A DNA stretch of 32,000 nucleotides from Promethearchaeia archaeon. GTDB lineage: Archaea; Asgardarchaeota; Lokiarchaeia; Sigyniarchaeales; SOKP01. Positions 16,726-26,918 of the stretch are shown here, piece by piece. The first letter of the stretch is position 1. Each line of letters opens with the position of its first letter. The stretch spans positions 1 through 32,000 of the forward strand of contig JAWOFX010000111.1 in the NCBI GenBank assembly GCA_046497275.1. The letters are read 5' to 3'. Under the pieces are notes generated by a model, which saw only the letters and a list, made by a program, of their open reading frames with translations, made no database searches and was not told the origin of the DNA. Made by a program: the position numbers and the translations under genes.

Positions 16726-18138
16726 ATGTCAACGAATATGGAATACGAAGAGCAAGTAAGAAAGATAGATAATATTGTCTCTTCACCCGTACCTAAATTT
16801 AAACCGGAAGAATTACGAGGCATTGTTGAAAGATATGAAAAAAACCATAAAAAATCTAAAGAAGCTTATGAGCGTGCCAGAAGAATTATTCCGGGAGGTG
16901 TGGAGCATAATCTTGCTTTCAACTTTCCATTTCCATTAGAAAGTAAGAAATTGTGGGATTGCTATATGCAAACCATAGATGATGTTGTTTTGACTGATTA
17001 TTTGTGTTGTGGAGGTCCTATTATACTAGGTAATAATTATAAACCTTTAACTGATAAAGTTGTTGAGATGATTCAAGAAAATGGATCTTGTCATGGAATT
17101 ACTCATGAGATGGAATATAAATCAGCAGAAAAATTACAAGAACATTTTCCATCATGTGAAAAAATCAGATGGCTACAAAGTGGAACAGAAGCAGATATGT
17201 TGGCAATAAGGATTGCGCGAGTATATACGGGAAATAAACATGTAATTAAATTGGGAGCTCATTATCATGGGTGGTCAGATCAACTTGTATATGATCTTCA
17301 TATTCCTGGAACTAAAAGGATGGAATCTCATGGGATTCCAAAAAATATCTATAAATATATCGATTCTTGCCCTCCAAACGATATTGAACGATTAAGAGAA
17401 ATGTTTAAAGAGAAGAGACGTGTTGCAGCAGTCCTCATTGAGCCTATGGGGGCGGAATCGGGAGCAATTCCCGTAAAACCAGGATTTAATAAAGAAGTTG
17501 CGGAATTATGTCATGAAAATGATGCACTATTAGTTTCTGATGAAGTGGTATGTGCATTTAGACTTCATATGGGTGGTGGTCAAGCTTATTTTGGATATGA
17601 GCCAGATTTATCAGTTTTCGGAAAAATTGTAGGACACGGATATCCTTCTGCTGCAGCAATCGGCGGAAGGGCGGATATTATGAACACTGTAGCGGCTGGT
17701 GTGGGCGGGGGGTCAAAAAGAGCTTATTGCGGAGGTACTCTTGCTGCGAATCCTCTAACATGCACGGCTGCATATTGGGCAATAAAATTCGTAGAAGAAG
17801 AAAATGCAACTGAGCGAGCAGGTGCGGCTGCTACTCGTCTTTCAAATGGAATGAATGAAATTTTTGAGAAACATAATTTACCCTGGTTTTCTTATAATTA
17901 TAATGCCACAGTCCATTTCCATACGAGCTGTGTTTTTGGCATAGATATTACGGATCCAACACAAGCCCCACAAATCAAAGAACGAAAAGAATTTATGGAA
18001 AAAATAGGTGCGGCTTTAGTTGATCAGGAATTAATTTCTGTGGCGGGATCAAGGTTTTATACAAATATAAAACACACTCCTAAGATCATTGATGAAACTA
18101 TCGAAAAGATTGATAAGATTTGCGAAAAGATCGAATAA
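16726..18138 (+). CDS. Class III PLP-dependent aminotransferase (GSA-aminomutase-like, probably not HemL)
   Basis: IPGGVEH, SGTEA, HYHG, SDEVVCAFR, PDLSVFGK (PLP Lys) and GGTLAANP. GAGG SD upstream. Confidence 0.88.
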   Translation: MSTNMEYEEQVRKIDNIVSSPVPKFKPEELRGIVERYEKNHKKSKEAYERARRIIPGGVEHNLAFNFPFPLESKKLWDCYMQTIDDVVLTDYLCCGGPIILGNNYKPLTDKVVEMIQENGSCHGITHEMEYKSAEKLQEHFPSCEKIRWLQSGTEADMLAIRIARVYTGNKHVIKLGAHYHGWSDQLVYDLHIPGTKRMESHGIPKNIYKYIDSCPPNDIERLREMFKEKRRVAAVLIEPMGAESGAIPVKPGFNKEVAELCHENDALLVSDEVVCAFRLHMGGGQAYFGYEPDLSVFGKIVGHGYPSAAAIGGRADIMNTVAAGVGGGSKRAYCGGTLAANPLTCTAAYWAIKFVEEENATERAGAAATRLSNGMNEIFEKHNLPWFSYNYNATVHFHTSCVFGIDITDPTQAPQIKERKEFMEKIGAALVDQELISVAGSRFYTNIKHTPKIIDETIEKIDKICEKIE

Positions 18139-18192
18139 TTTTAATTTTTATTTCTTTACTTTTATTTCTTTATCTTCGTTTTTTAAGTTTTA
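18139..18192 (+). terminator. Putative T-rich terminator of the aminotransferase gene
   Basis: ttttaatttttatttctttacttttatttcttt…tttttt immediately after the stop codon. Confidence 0.4.
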
Positions 18193-18649
18193 ATAGATAT
18201 TTATAAAGAATTCTATAATTATGTATTTTGATTCAGAACAATTTTTTTATAAAATTAGAGAAACATAAGGAACAATTATGAACTATAATAGAGATCTATA
18301 AAACATAAAGGATGATTCTTCAAAATGGGAGATAATTTAGAAGAATTACCTCTATGATCTTACGATTTTAGAAATTACTGTACTTAGTTCGCTTTAGCAG
18401 TAGCAAGTTTAAAGTATTAAGCAATATAATTGATATTCCATTGATTACTCTCTGAAAAAATATACCAGAAATAAAATAACAATAATACTCTGTGCTTTTT
18501 TAAACTCAAATTTAATTTATTTAAGATTGTTTTAACTTTGGGGAAATAGAAAAGAATCTTTTAAAATTCACAGAAATATTCAGTAATATTTGGATTGGAT
18601 TTATCTCCTTAGATATTAAATCATCTATTAAAATAATATTTTCATAATT

Positions 18650-20011
18650 ATGGTAAATATCTTTCTTCAAATTTTTGTTTTGATTTGTTTTTTGGGGGTA
18701 GTTATAATTCTTTTTTTTGAAGAACATGATTATATTTACTTTACATTTTTATTTATCGTGATCGCGGGAATAACAACTGCTATATTTGTTCCAGAAGCTC
18801 GTTCCCTGGAATATTATGTCGAAGCCATTGAATGGGAGGTAGTTTTCTTTCTGATTGCGATGTTCACAATTGTCGAAATTCTTAAACAAAATAAAATATT
18901 TGATGAGATCGCACGCTTGATTGTAATAAAATATCAACATAATCTAAGAAAGGCCTTCTATATAATTATTGTAATCTCTACTTTATTGGCTACAATTGTA
19001 GAGGATCTCTCCATAGCAATGATATTTGCTCCAATAATTATTGTTGCAAGTCGAAAATTAAATATGAGACCAGCAGCATATTTATTAGGGATGACTATAT
19101 GCATTAATATAGCCGCAACATTAACACCATTTGGATCTGCGCAAAATATATTAATCTCTACTGAATTTGGATTAGATATTTTTTGGTTTATTGTAAATTT
19201 AGCACCATATTTTATAATTTCATTATTTTCTTCACTATTTTTATTAGATAAAGGTATACTAAAAAAAGATATCCTTTATTGTTCTAATCATAAATGTACC
19301 CCAGATGACATCAATGAAATTGATTTATTAGCTGAACCTAATATAGAAAAACATAAATTCATCCTTAATATTGTAGCTTTAATTATATTAATTATTTTAT
19401 TCATAACAATCCCACAACTTTACTTAGCAGCACTCATTGGTGCATTATTATTTGGAGCAATTAATCCTGTTAATAAGAAAGACAAAGAAACCCAATCATT
19501 AAAAGTAAAGGTAAAAAAAAGAGTGTCTCTCTCCTATTATCTCTTGAAGGTCGATTATAAGCTTATTTATTTTTTTATGGCTCTATTCATTTTTGTAGGG
19601 CTTATGGAATTAAATGGAACCATTGAGATCATTGAAAATTTGATCAAAAATGTATCAGCTGAAAATGAGTTTTTCCTCGCAATTATTATTCTCTTAACTA
19701 CGTCTATATTAAGTGGATTGATAGATAACACTCCTGTCACCATTATTTTTATACCAATCGTTCGGGTATTATTCAATTTACCAGAATTTGCTCTTGGTCC
19801 ATTAGTTATTGCATTTATATTAGGTATCAATTTGGGTGGAAACTTTCTTCCACAAGGTTCAGCAGCCGATATGATGACACTTGAGATTAGTAGGGATAAC
19901 AATGTTAAAGATATGTCCTATAAAAGATTAACTAAAGTGGGTGGATTGTTCGCACTCTTCCATATTTTGTTAGGTGTTGGATATCTTGCTGTTATAGTTT
20001 TTTTATTCTAA
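18650..20011 (+). CDS. SLC13/ArsB-NhaD (IT superfamily) permease
   Basis: IEWEVVFFL, TPFGSAQNI, IDNTPVT, NLGGNFLPQGSAAD and more than ten TM helices. Confidence 0.85.
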   Translation: MVNIFLQIFVLICFLGVVIILFFEEHDYIYFTFLFIVIAGITTAIFVPEARSLEYYVEAIEWEVVFFLIAMFTIVEILKQNKIFDEIARLIVIKYQHNLRKAFYIIIVISTLLATIVEDLSIAMIFAPIIIVASRKLNMRPAAYLLGMTICINIAATLTPFGSAQNILISTEFGLDIFWFIVNLAPYFIISLFSSLFLLDKGILKKDILYCSNHKCTPDDINEIDLLAEPNIEKHKFILNIVALIILIILFITIPQLYLAALIGALLFGAINPVNKKDKETQSLKVKVKKRVSLSYYLLKVDYKLIYFFMALFIFVGLMELNGTIEIIENLIKNVSAENEFFLAIIILLTTSILSGLIDNTPVTIIFIPIVRVLFNLPEFALGPLVIAFILGINLGGNFLPQGSAADMMTLEISRDNNVKDMSYKRLTKVGGLFALFHILLGVGYLAVIVFLF

Positions 20012-20121
20012 TCTTACAAATTACAGTTCTTCTGGATCATTAAATTATCAGATTCTACCTTGTTATTTTTACTAAGAATTCAAATATAATTTTTTTATAT
20101 GAATATGATTTACCAAATTAT

Positions 20122-20841
20122 ATGAATTATTCTGAAATCTTTAAAAAACGCTATTCCCTTTTTGCGGTAATCCATGTAAAGAATGAGACTCAAGCGCTAA
20201 GGCAATCTGAGCTTGCTTTTCAAAAGAAAGGCGACGGAATTTTTTTAATTAACCATGACTTTTGGCATGATAAATTGTATAAAATTTATAAAAAAGTAAG
20301 AGAATCCCATTCGGATCAATGGATTGGATTAAATTGCTTGGTTCTAATGCCATTACAATTTTTTTCTACTGATTTTCCTAAAGATATTAATGGTTTATGG
20401 GATGATAACATAGAATTAGATGAAAATTCTGACACTCAAACATATGCCCAAAAAGTTTTGGATAAGATTAAAGAATGTAGATGGGATGGTTTGTATTTCG
20501 GGGGAATTGCTTTTAAATATCAAAAAAAAGTAGAAAATATTGAAAAAATGACAAAAATTGCTTCAAAATATACAGATGTGATTACTACATCTAGTGTTGC
20601 TACTGGAATTTCAGCAGATTTAAATAAAATTTCTCTAATGGCAAAAATAGCGCATCAACACAATTCTCATCTAGCTGTTGCTTCTGGAATAACTCCTAAT
20701 AATGTAGAGAATTATCCAGATGCAGATTGTTTTTTGGTTGCAACAGGAATCTCAAAAGATTTTTATACAATAGATTCTCAAAAATTGGAACTTTTAGTCT
20801 CAGAAATAAAGGATATGAATGATCGGTCTAATTCAATTTAA
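20122..20841 (+). CDS. BtpA/SgcQ-like TIM-barrel protein
   Basis: FAVIHV, DGIFLINH, WIGLNCL, YFGGIAFKYQ, TTS…TG and the phosphate-binding-like ASGIT…ADCFLVATGIS end. Confidence 0.6.
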   Translation: MNYSEIFKKRYSLFAVIHVKNETQALRQSELAFQKKGDGIFLINHDFWHDKLYKIYKKVRESHSDQWIGLNCLVLMPLQFFSTDFPKDINGLWDDNIELDENSDTQTYAQKVLDKIKECRWDGLYFGGIAFKYQKKVENIEKMTKIASKYTDVITTSSVATGISADLNKISLMAKIAHQHNSHLAVASGITPNNVENYPDADCFLVATGISKDFYTIDSQKLELLVSEIKDMNDRSNSI

Positions 20842-20982
20842 CTTCTAGGTTTAATGCTCTTCTTTTTTTAATTTATAGTTAATTATTAAAATATCAGCCT
20901 ATGCGTGAATATTTTTAATTTTTTTAATCATTTTATTTTTTTCTTATTAAATATTATTATATCTATATTGAGATGATATAAA

Positions 20983-22236
20983 ATGAGTTTATCCGAGAGA
21001 GATAAAGAAATTGAAAAACAAGCAATGAAAATTTTTAAGGAATGGCCACGGACAGAAATAATTTTTGGAAAAGATAAATTGAAAGATACTGGCATTTATG
21101 CCAAAGAATTTGGAGAAAATGCATTAATTGTGATTGGGGGGGGATCAGTAAAGAGATTTGGTTATTTAGATGAATTAATTGAATCATTAGAAGCGGAAGG
21201 AATAACACATTCTCTTTATGAAGGTGTCGAACCGAATCCTTCTAAAAATACTGTCGAAGATATAGCAGATACCTTTAATAAAGAAAAATATGATGTGACT
21301 ATCGCTTTGGGTGGAGGAAGCACAATGGATGCAGCAAAAGCAGCTTTAATCCTAACAGGCACTGGAGACCATGACATTACAAAATATTTTGGAGTAAATA
21401 AAGTGAGTGATGAATTAGATAGAATATCACCATGTATATGCATTCCAACAACCAGTGGCACATCTTCAGAAATTACTCGCTATTCAAACGTAACTCTTCC
21501 TGAAAAGGGAATAAAAAAGTTAATCTCAGACATCGCAATACATCCCCATTATGCTATAGTTGATCCTACTTTAACTATATCTTGCCCAAAAGATTTAACC
21601 TTAACCGTTGGATTAGATACTATGACACATTCTATGGAGGGGTATTTAAATAGAGTCCAAGATGAAGGTAATGAAGATATTAATCAAAGAGCACTTTTTT
21701 CTTTAGAGTTAGTCTTTAGATGGTTGGGTGTTGCTGTTAAAGAACCAGAAAATTATACAGGTAGAAAAATGATGTCTATTGCATGTCTATTAGGAGGAAC
21801 TGTAATTGGGGGAAAAAGATTTAAAGGTACTGCCGGACCTCATATGAACTCATTTTCTTGGGCAGATACAATTGCTCATGGAAAGGCAACCGGTATCATG
21901 ATGCCATATTATATTGCGTATTATGGTAAAAATCCTACAGTAATGAAAAAATTAGAACCTATCGCAGATATGCTTGGAGTAGAAAAAGGAAAAAATATCG
22001 GAACGAATGTAGCGAGTAAGATGTTAGAATGGTATGAGGAAATGGGATTTCCAACTAAAATAAGTGATTTGAAAGGATGGAAACAAGAATATAAAGAAAA
22101 AGCTATAAAAGATGCCGCAGAAAACACAATGAAATTAGAAGCTATGCCTAATCCCGTTCCATTAGATAAAGTGGAGGAGACCATCGGACCAATACTCGAA
22201 GCTGCTATAGACGGAGATTTATCTAGAATGAAATAA
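20983..22236 (+). CDS. Iron-containing (type III) alcohol dehydrogenase
   Basis: GVEPNP, GGGSTMDAAK, PTTSGTSSE, AIVDP, and metal ligands DTMTH…PH…AHG. Confidence 0.9.
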   Translation: MSLSERDKEIEKQAMKIFKEWPRTEIIFGKDKLKDTGIYAKEFGENALIVIGGGSVKRFGYLDELIESLEAEGITHSLYEGVEPNPSKNTVEDIADTFNKEKYDVTIALGGGSTMDAAKAALILTGTGDHDITKYFGVNKVSDELDRISPCICIPTTSGTSSEITRYSNVTLPEKGIKKLISDIAIHPHYAIVDPTLTISCPKDLTLTVGLDTMTHSMEGYLNRVQDEGNEDINQRALFSLELVFRWLGVAVKEPENYTGRKMMSIACLLGGTVIGGKRFKGTAGPHMNSFSWADTIAHGKATGIMMPYYIAYYGKNPTVMKKLEPIADMLGVEKGKNIGTNVASKMLEWYEEMGFPTKISDLKGWKQEYKEKAIKDAAENTMKLEAMPNPVPLDKVEETIGPILEAAIDGDLSRMK

Positions 22237-22574
22237 AAAATTAATTTTTTCCCACTATCCCTTTTTTTTAAAATTTTTAACAAGAAAAGAGAAATTGTGA
22301 TTCTATCTTCCTTACTTTTTAAAATGATGTATTTCTGCATCATATTTAAATAATATGAAGTATAAATTAGTAATGTCGAAATTAATTGGAGATATTTTTT
22401 TACCTCTATTATCATTAGAATCTGGGTAATCTAAACTATTATACTTAATAGTTGTTTGAGAGTTAATATAAGGATCATTTAAGCAAAAAATTAAAAGAAT
22501 CACCTAATTTTCGGCAATAATACCTCGATTGATCAATTTAATTCCCAAATTAAGAAAAAGGAGAATAAAAAATA

Positions 22575-23549
22575 ATGTTAAATATATTTATAGCATTTTT
22601 AATCCTCATAGGCAGCATTATTCTAATAATTTTTTCCAGTAATATTGCTGTTAAGCATTCTGCTGCTCTCGCCTCAAGCCTTGGAATCTCTAGCTTAATA
22701 ATCGGAATTACTTTAGTTTCTATCGGTACCGATGTATCGGAAATATTTAATTCTATTATATCATGTGCGCTGGGACATGGAGATATCGATGTTGGTGATT
22801 CTGTAGGATCAAGTTTAACTCAAATAACACTTGTTTTTGGACTCTTACCTCTAATATGCGGAAGTTTTATCGTAAAAAGAAAAGAATTTCTTATTATCGG
22901 TTCATGTTTAATTCTTTCACTTATTCTGATATTCACTGTTGTAGAAAAGGGTTTTTTTACGCGATTAGATGCTCTTTTCATGATGCTTAGTTTCATATTC
23001 TACACAATGGTGACTTATAACGTGACGAAAAGTGATATGCTTACGCAGGTTGATTTAATGATACATGAGGATGGTAATCAAACACTTCGAAAAAGAATTC
23101 ATTTTTTGGTTTTTGCTATTATTGGATTTGTGGGTGTTGGCCTTAGCTCATACTTAATTGTTCAAAGTATTATTTATTTATCCAGTCGATTTGATGTTAA
23201 CGAATTTATAATTAGTTTTTTTCTTCTAAGCATCGGCACATCATTGCCAGAGCTTGCCGTTGACGTCACAGCGTTAAGAAAAAAAGAATATACTCTTGCT
23301 ATAGGAGATATTATTGGTAGCTGTATCGTTGATTCAACCATTTCCATTGCAATCGGACAATTCTTATTTCCTCAAGCCGTTTCTGCCAATCTCGCTATAC
23401 CAACTATCCTCTATACTATTTTAGCTTCAATCATAGTAATTAGTGTGGTTTCTAAAAGACAAATTATGGATTGGAAATCTGGAATTTTATTCATATCGAT
23501 TTATATCTTAGGATATCCACTTCTACTTTCTATATTTTTTTATTCTTAA
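22575..23549 (+). CDS. Cation/Ca2+ exchanger (CaCA, YrbG/NCX_Mj-like)
   Basis: Two alpha-repeats: IGTDVSE…GDSVGS and IGTSLPE…GDIIGS; about ten TM helices. Confidence 0.88.
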   Translation: MLNIFIAFLILIGSIILIIFSSNIAVKHSAALASSLGISSLIIGITLVSIGTDVSEIFNSIISCALGHGDIDVGDSVGSSLTQITLVFGLLPLICGSFIVKRKEFLIIGSCLILSLILIFTVVEKGFFTRLDALFMMLSFIFYTMVTYNVTKSDMLTQVDLMIHEDGNQTLRKRIHFLVFAIIGFVGVGLSSYLIVQSIIYLSSRFDVNEFIISFFLLSIGTSLPELAVDVTALRKKEYTLAIGDIIGSCIVDSTISIAIGQFLFPQAVSANLAIPTILYTILASIIVISVVSKRQIMDWKSGILFISIYILGYPLLLSIFFYS

Positions 23550-23695
23550 TAGGTCATTTAATTTGGTTAGGACATGATAGAAATAAAATCTTTGAAAAAG
23601 TTTTTACTTTTATTAAAGGAAATAACGACTTATACTATTGAGAGAAATATTAAAGATGAGAACAGTAATATTATAAAAAAGAAAAAAATCTTTTT

Positions 23696-24214
23696 TTATC
23701 TTTTCAAGTTATAACTAGGTTTAATTTTGAATCCTTCAGGTACTCTATCTTCTCTCCATGGATTTTCTGATAATTCAAATTTAAATCCAACGATATCATC
23801 TCCACCAATCATATATACTTTTGGAGGTTTATCTCGAAGATCCTCGGGATTGATGAGTTCAGACCAATCAACTCGAAATTTCAATTCCGTTTTCACGCCC
23901 TCTCTTTTAAAAGCTTTAGCAGCTTCTTTAACATCCTTTACTCTAAAAGTAATATTGTGCAATCCTGGTCCTTTTTCTTTTAAGAATCTAGACCAAGTTG
24001 TTTCAATATCATCGCTGGTAGGTTCAATAAATTGTATAATCAGATTTCCTAACTGCACATGTACTGCTTTGATCACACCAATAGAAGACAAATTTTCAGC
24101 TAAATCTTCCTCTACTTTTTCCACTCCAAATATATTATATAAAAATTGATAAGCCTTCTCGGCATCTGGGACTACCACTTCAATATGTACTAATGGAGAT
24201 ACGTCAATAACCAT
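23696..24214 (-). CDS. VOC/glyoxalase-family protein (methylmalonyl-CoA epimerase-like)
   Basis: VHIEVVVPD, IQFIEP, GPGLHNITFRV and FELSE. The start is more likely the ATG at 24214 than the track's GTG at 24223, because that GTG is part of an AGGTGA SD. Confidence 0.8.
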   Translation of the reverse strand: MVIDVSPLVHIEVVVPDAEKAYQFLYNIFGVEKVEEDLAENLSSIGVIKAVHVQLGNLIIQFIEPTSDDIETTWSRFLKEKGPGLHNITFRVKDVKEAAKAFKREGVKTELKFRVDWSELINPEDLRDKPPKVYMIGGDDIVGFKFELSENPWREDRVPEGFKIKPSYNLKR

Positions 24215-24456
24215 AACTTTCACCTTTATGATATTTTTAAATTTGTATGGATATTATTTTTAGTTATATTTAAGAATATTGGAAATTCTGAGTATTTTAA
24301 TCATAAAAACTTCAAAATATTTCCTTATGTGTCAATTCTTTGTTTTTTAGGACAGATTTATAATTTAATCAGAAGCATTTTATTATTTAAAAACTTTTAA
24401 AGCATAGTCAATCAAAACTACCAAGAAACACTATATTTTGTTGAGGATTTAGAAAT

Positions 24457-25137
24457 ATGAAAATTATAATTTTTGAACCCCATCCAGACGATCTATTATT
24501 CGGTCCTGGTCCTATATTACTTGATTGGATTAAGGAAAACCATAATATCCATATTATAACAGTGACAGATGGCAGAGCATGTTATAGATCGGGCGAAGAT
24601 TCTTATTCAGATGATGTTGCCACCATGACAGAAGATGATGTGGCAGAGATGAGAATAAATGAGGCAAAAAAAGCAATAGAGTTTTTAGGAATTCCCCATA
24701 AAAATCATCATTTACTGAAATTCCATGATGCAGAAGGGCAAGAATATGTATCTAGAGCAATTGAAAAGGTGAAACCCCTTATTGAAGATGCTGAGCGTCT
24801 TGTGTTCCCAAGTGATAACAATAAACATGATGACCACCAAGCAACCCACGATATTGCTGTAGGAGCAGCACAGGATTTAAACTTGAAGAGTGCTGAATAT
24901 TTTATTTATGCGATACCATCCTATGTAAGGTTTAGTGATGACTCGATTCAAAAACAATTAAATGTAAAAATTAGTGAGGAAAAAGCAAAAAAGCTAATGG
25001 AATGGTATCAGATTTATAATTCTCAACATAAAATTAAATTTACAAATAAAATGTATCTGAGCTTTCTTAAAAATGTTAGAGAACGCACTTATGCTATATT
25101 CAAATACGATGATATTGGGAAATATAAAAATTTTTAA
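24457..25137 (+). CDS. PIG-L/LmbE-family deacetylase
   Basis: FEPHPDD, VTDG, RINEAKKA and HDDHQAT metal-binding motifs. Confidence 0.88.
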   Translation: MKIIIFEPHPDDLLFGPGPILLDWIKENHNIHIITVTDGRACYRSGEDSYSDDVATMTEDDVAEMRINEAKKAIEFLGIPHKNHHLLKFHDAEGQEYVSRAIEKVKPLIEDAERLVFPSDNNKHDDHQATHDIAVGAAQDLNLKSAEYFIYAIPSYVRFSDDSIQKQLNVKISEEKAKKLMEWYQIYNSQHKIKFTNKMYLSFLKNVRERTYAIFKYDDIGKYKNF

Positions 25138-25229
25138 TCCGTATTTTTCTCAATAACTTTATAATAATTCGGACTCAATTTTCTTCCTCTAGCTTCTTTG
25201 AATAAAGGTTACTTAATCTAATGAGTTCA

Positions 25230-25841
25230 TCAAAGACTTTTTTTGCTTCCTTCCAAAACGCAAAAACATAAATTTATTATTTTCAAAAACTTTAGAGTTA
25301 TTTCTCCTTTAAAATCATTGTTGGAGTTCCATTTTTTGTAATTTTCGATATTTAGTTGTCGTCCATTACATAATAGATCTACAATTTTATCAAGATCTAA
25401 GAAAACGAAATAATCTTTAAGATTAAAAATACTTATTCTAATTTTATCTTGTTCAGATAGATTTTCATCGGAATTGAGAAAGAACTTCATTCTTTCAACA
25501 TTAACCGATTCATCTTCTCGTAATAACACGATAATTAAATATCTACTTTCGGATTAATAATTTTTATGAAATTTATCGATTATTACAGTTGGAGTTAATG
25601 AAAAGGTAAAATCAATAGTAATAAATCTGATTTCTTTTGGAAAAACTACTAACTCCTGATTTGCTTCGATACAATCTTTAAAATATTTCTCTACATGGAT
25701 AAACAGGTCGGATCTCTTATCGTTTGAGAGCACATCCTCATGACTAATTGAACAATTGAAAGAATGAAAGTATTGAATACTTAAATATTCGAGAATTGGA
25801 TGAGCAAGAAGGCCAACAGCTCTAACTAAATTTAAGGATTT
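25230..25841 (-). pseudogene. Interrupted remnant of a hypothetical protein gene
   Basis: The track's 99-aa ORF (25230-25529) continues upstream in the same frame through a single TAA at 25554-25556 (…DKFHKNY*SESRYLIIVLL…) into about 95 more sense codons (KSLNLVRAVGLLAHPILEYL…RFITIDFTFSL). No ATG is present, and further in-frame stops lie upstream. Confidence 0.55.
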
Positions 25842-26019
25842 TTATAGGAAGTTTCTAAAATGATGTATAGATTAGCGGTCTAATATTTACGATCAATTCT
25901 CAGATTCATTTTCATTTTCACTATTACGAGCCACTTCATACTTTCCAAGAAGTTGATAGATATATTCAAGAGGTTAAAAAAAATTAGAAGAGGCTGTATT
26001 GTAGAAAAAAATAAAAACA

Positions 26020-26793
26020 TTATTTAAGAAAGAACAGTAATTTTAAGAAACCTCCAATCCTTTTGATTGGAAAAAGGATAGCTGTTGATTCGATATATTC
26101 TAAATGATTAGTACCATCCCTTTTTATTAGTTCTTTATCCTCAATTTTTCCCATAATTATGCATGGGATGATTTGGATAAACCCAGAAATGAGAGCGATA
26201 TAATTATTGGCAATTATCGCTAAAGCAAAACAGCCTAATGTAAGAGATAAATATAAAGGGTGACGGATGTAGCTATAGATCTCTCCCCTAACAATTGGAG
26301 TTTCTTCGGGAAAAATTGTATAAATATCCATTCCATGAGTCACCATTTTAAATCCTGCTCTCTCAATATGTAAATTAACAAGAATAAACACAATGAAAAG
26401 GATAATTCCAATTAAAAGGGGGGTCCAAAATGGAAAAACCCAGATTGGGAATATAGGTGGACCCGAAATAAATAAAGGATGAAAAAAAATGGCATACCAG
26501 GTAATAAGAAGAGGTATTATATATCGATAAAAATATTTTTGATATGCAAGATCTCCATATTTATTTCTATAATAATTAGCTCTTTTAATATGTACATATC
26601 CAATCATAGAAACAATAATAGCCATGAAAATCTGAGTAATAATTGGCATGTACCATGCAATTCGATCGAGAAAGTAAAAATATATAATTGAAAGCCCAAT
26701 CAACCCGAGTGAATAAATAATGGTTAAGAATGCTTTTCCTTTAGATCGTAATGCTGGAACTTTTTCCAAAAATATTTTAAATTCTTCTTTCAT
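26020..26793 (-). CDS. Isoprenylcysteine carboxyl methyltransferase (ICMT/PEMT)-family membrane protein
   Basis: IVRGEIYSYIRHPLYL (family G-x-Y-x-x-x-RHP-x-Y motif), IEDKEL…YIE, and multiple TM helices. Confidence 0.82.
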   Translation of the reverse strand: MKEEFKIFLEKVPALRSKGKAFLTIIYSLGLIGLSIIYFYFLDRIAWYMPIITQIFMAIIVSMIGYVHIKRANYYRNKYGDLAYQKYFYRYIIPLLITWYAIFFHPLFISGPPIFPIWVFPFWTPLLIGIILFIVFILVNLHIERAGFKMVTHGMDIYTIFPEETPIVRGEIYSYIRHPLYLSLTLGCFALAIIANNYIALISGFIQIIPCIIMGKIEDKELIKRDGTNHLEYIESTAILFPIKRIGGFLKLLFFLK

Positions 26794-26918
26794 AACAAAA
26801 TCTCTTTTTTTGTAATTAAGCTTACATCCAATACTTTTATTTAATTATATAACAAATGGTGTAATTCATTATAAAACTCGGTAAGAATTTTGCCATTTTA
26901 TCAATATTTTTTTGAACC

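Noticed and set aside
16726-18138. Annotation as hemL
   Set aside because: The HemL-specific NSPVR and DEVMTGFR motifs are replaced and there is no tetrapyrrole gene context.
18193-18649. Long intergenic region with short near-repeats (aaacataagga / aaacataaagga) and a frame punctuated by TAG codons
   Set aside because: No ORF has a credible start, SD or motif, the repeats are short and AT-rich, and there is no support for amber read-through.
22312-22503. 63-aa minus-strand ORF, and an 8-bp hairpin (atgatgta-tttc-tgcatcat) in the ADH-CaCA intergenic region
   Set aside because: The GTG start has no separate SD, the peptide has no recognisable features, and the hairpin is weak. Neither is supportable.
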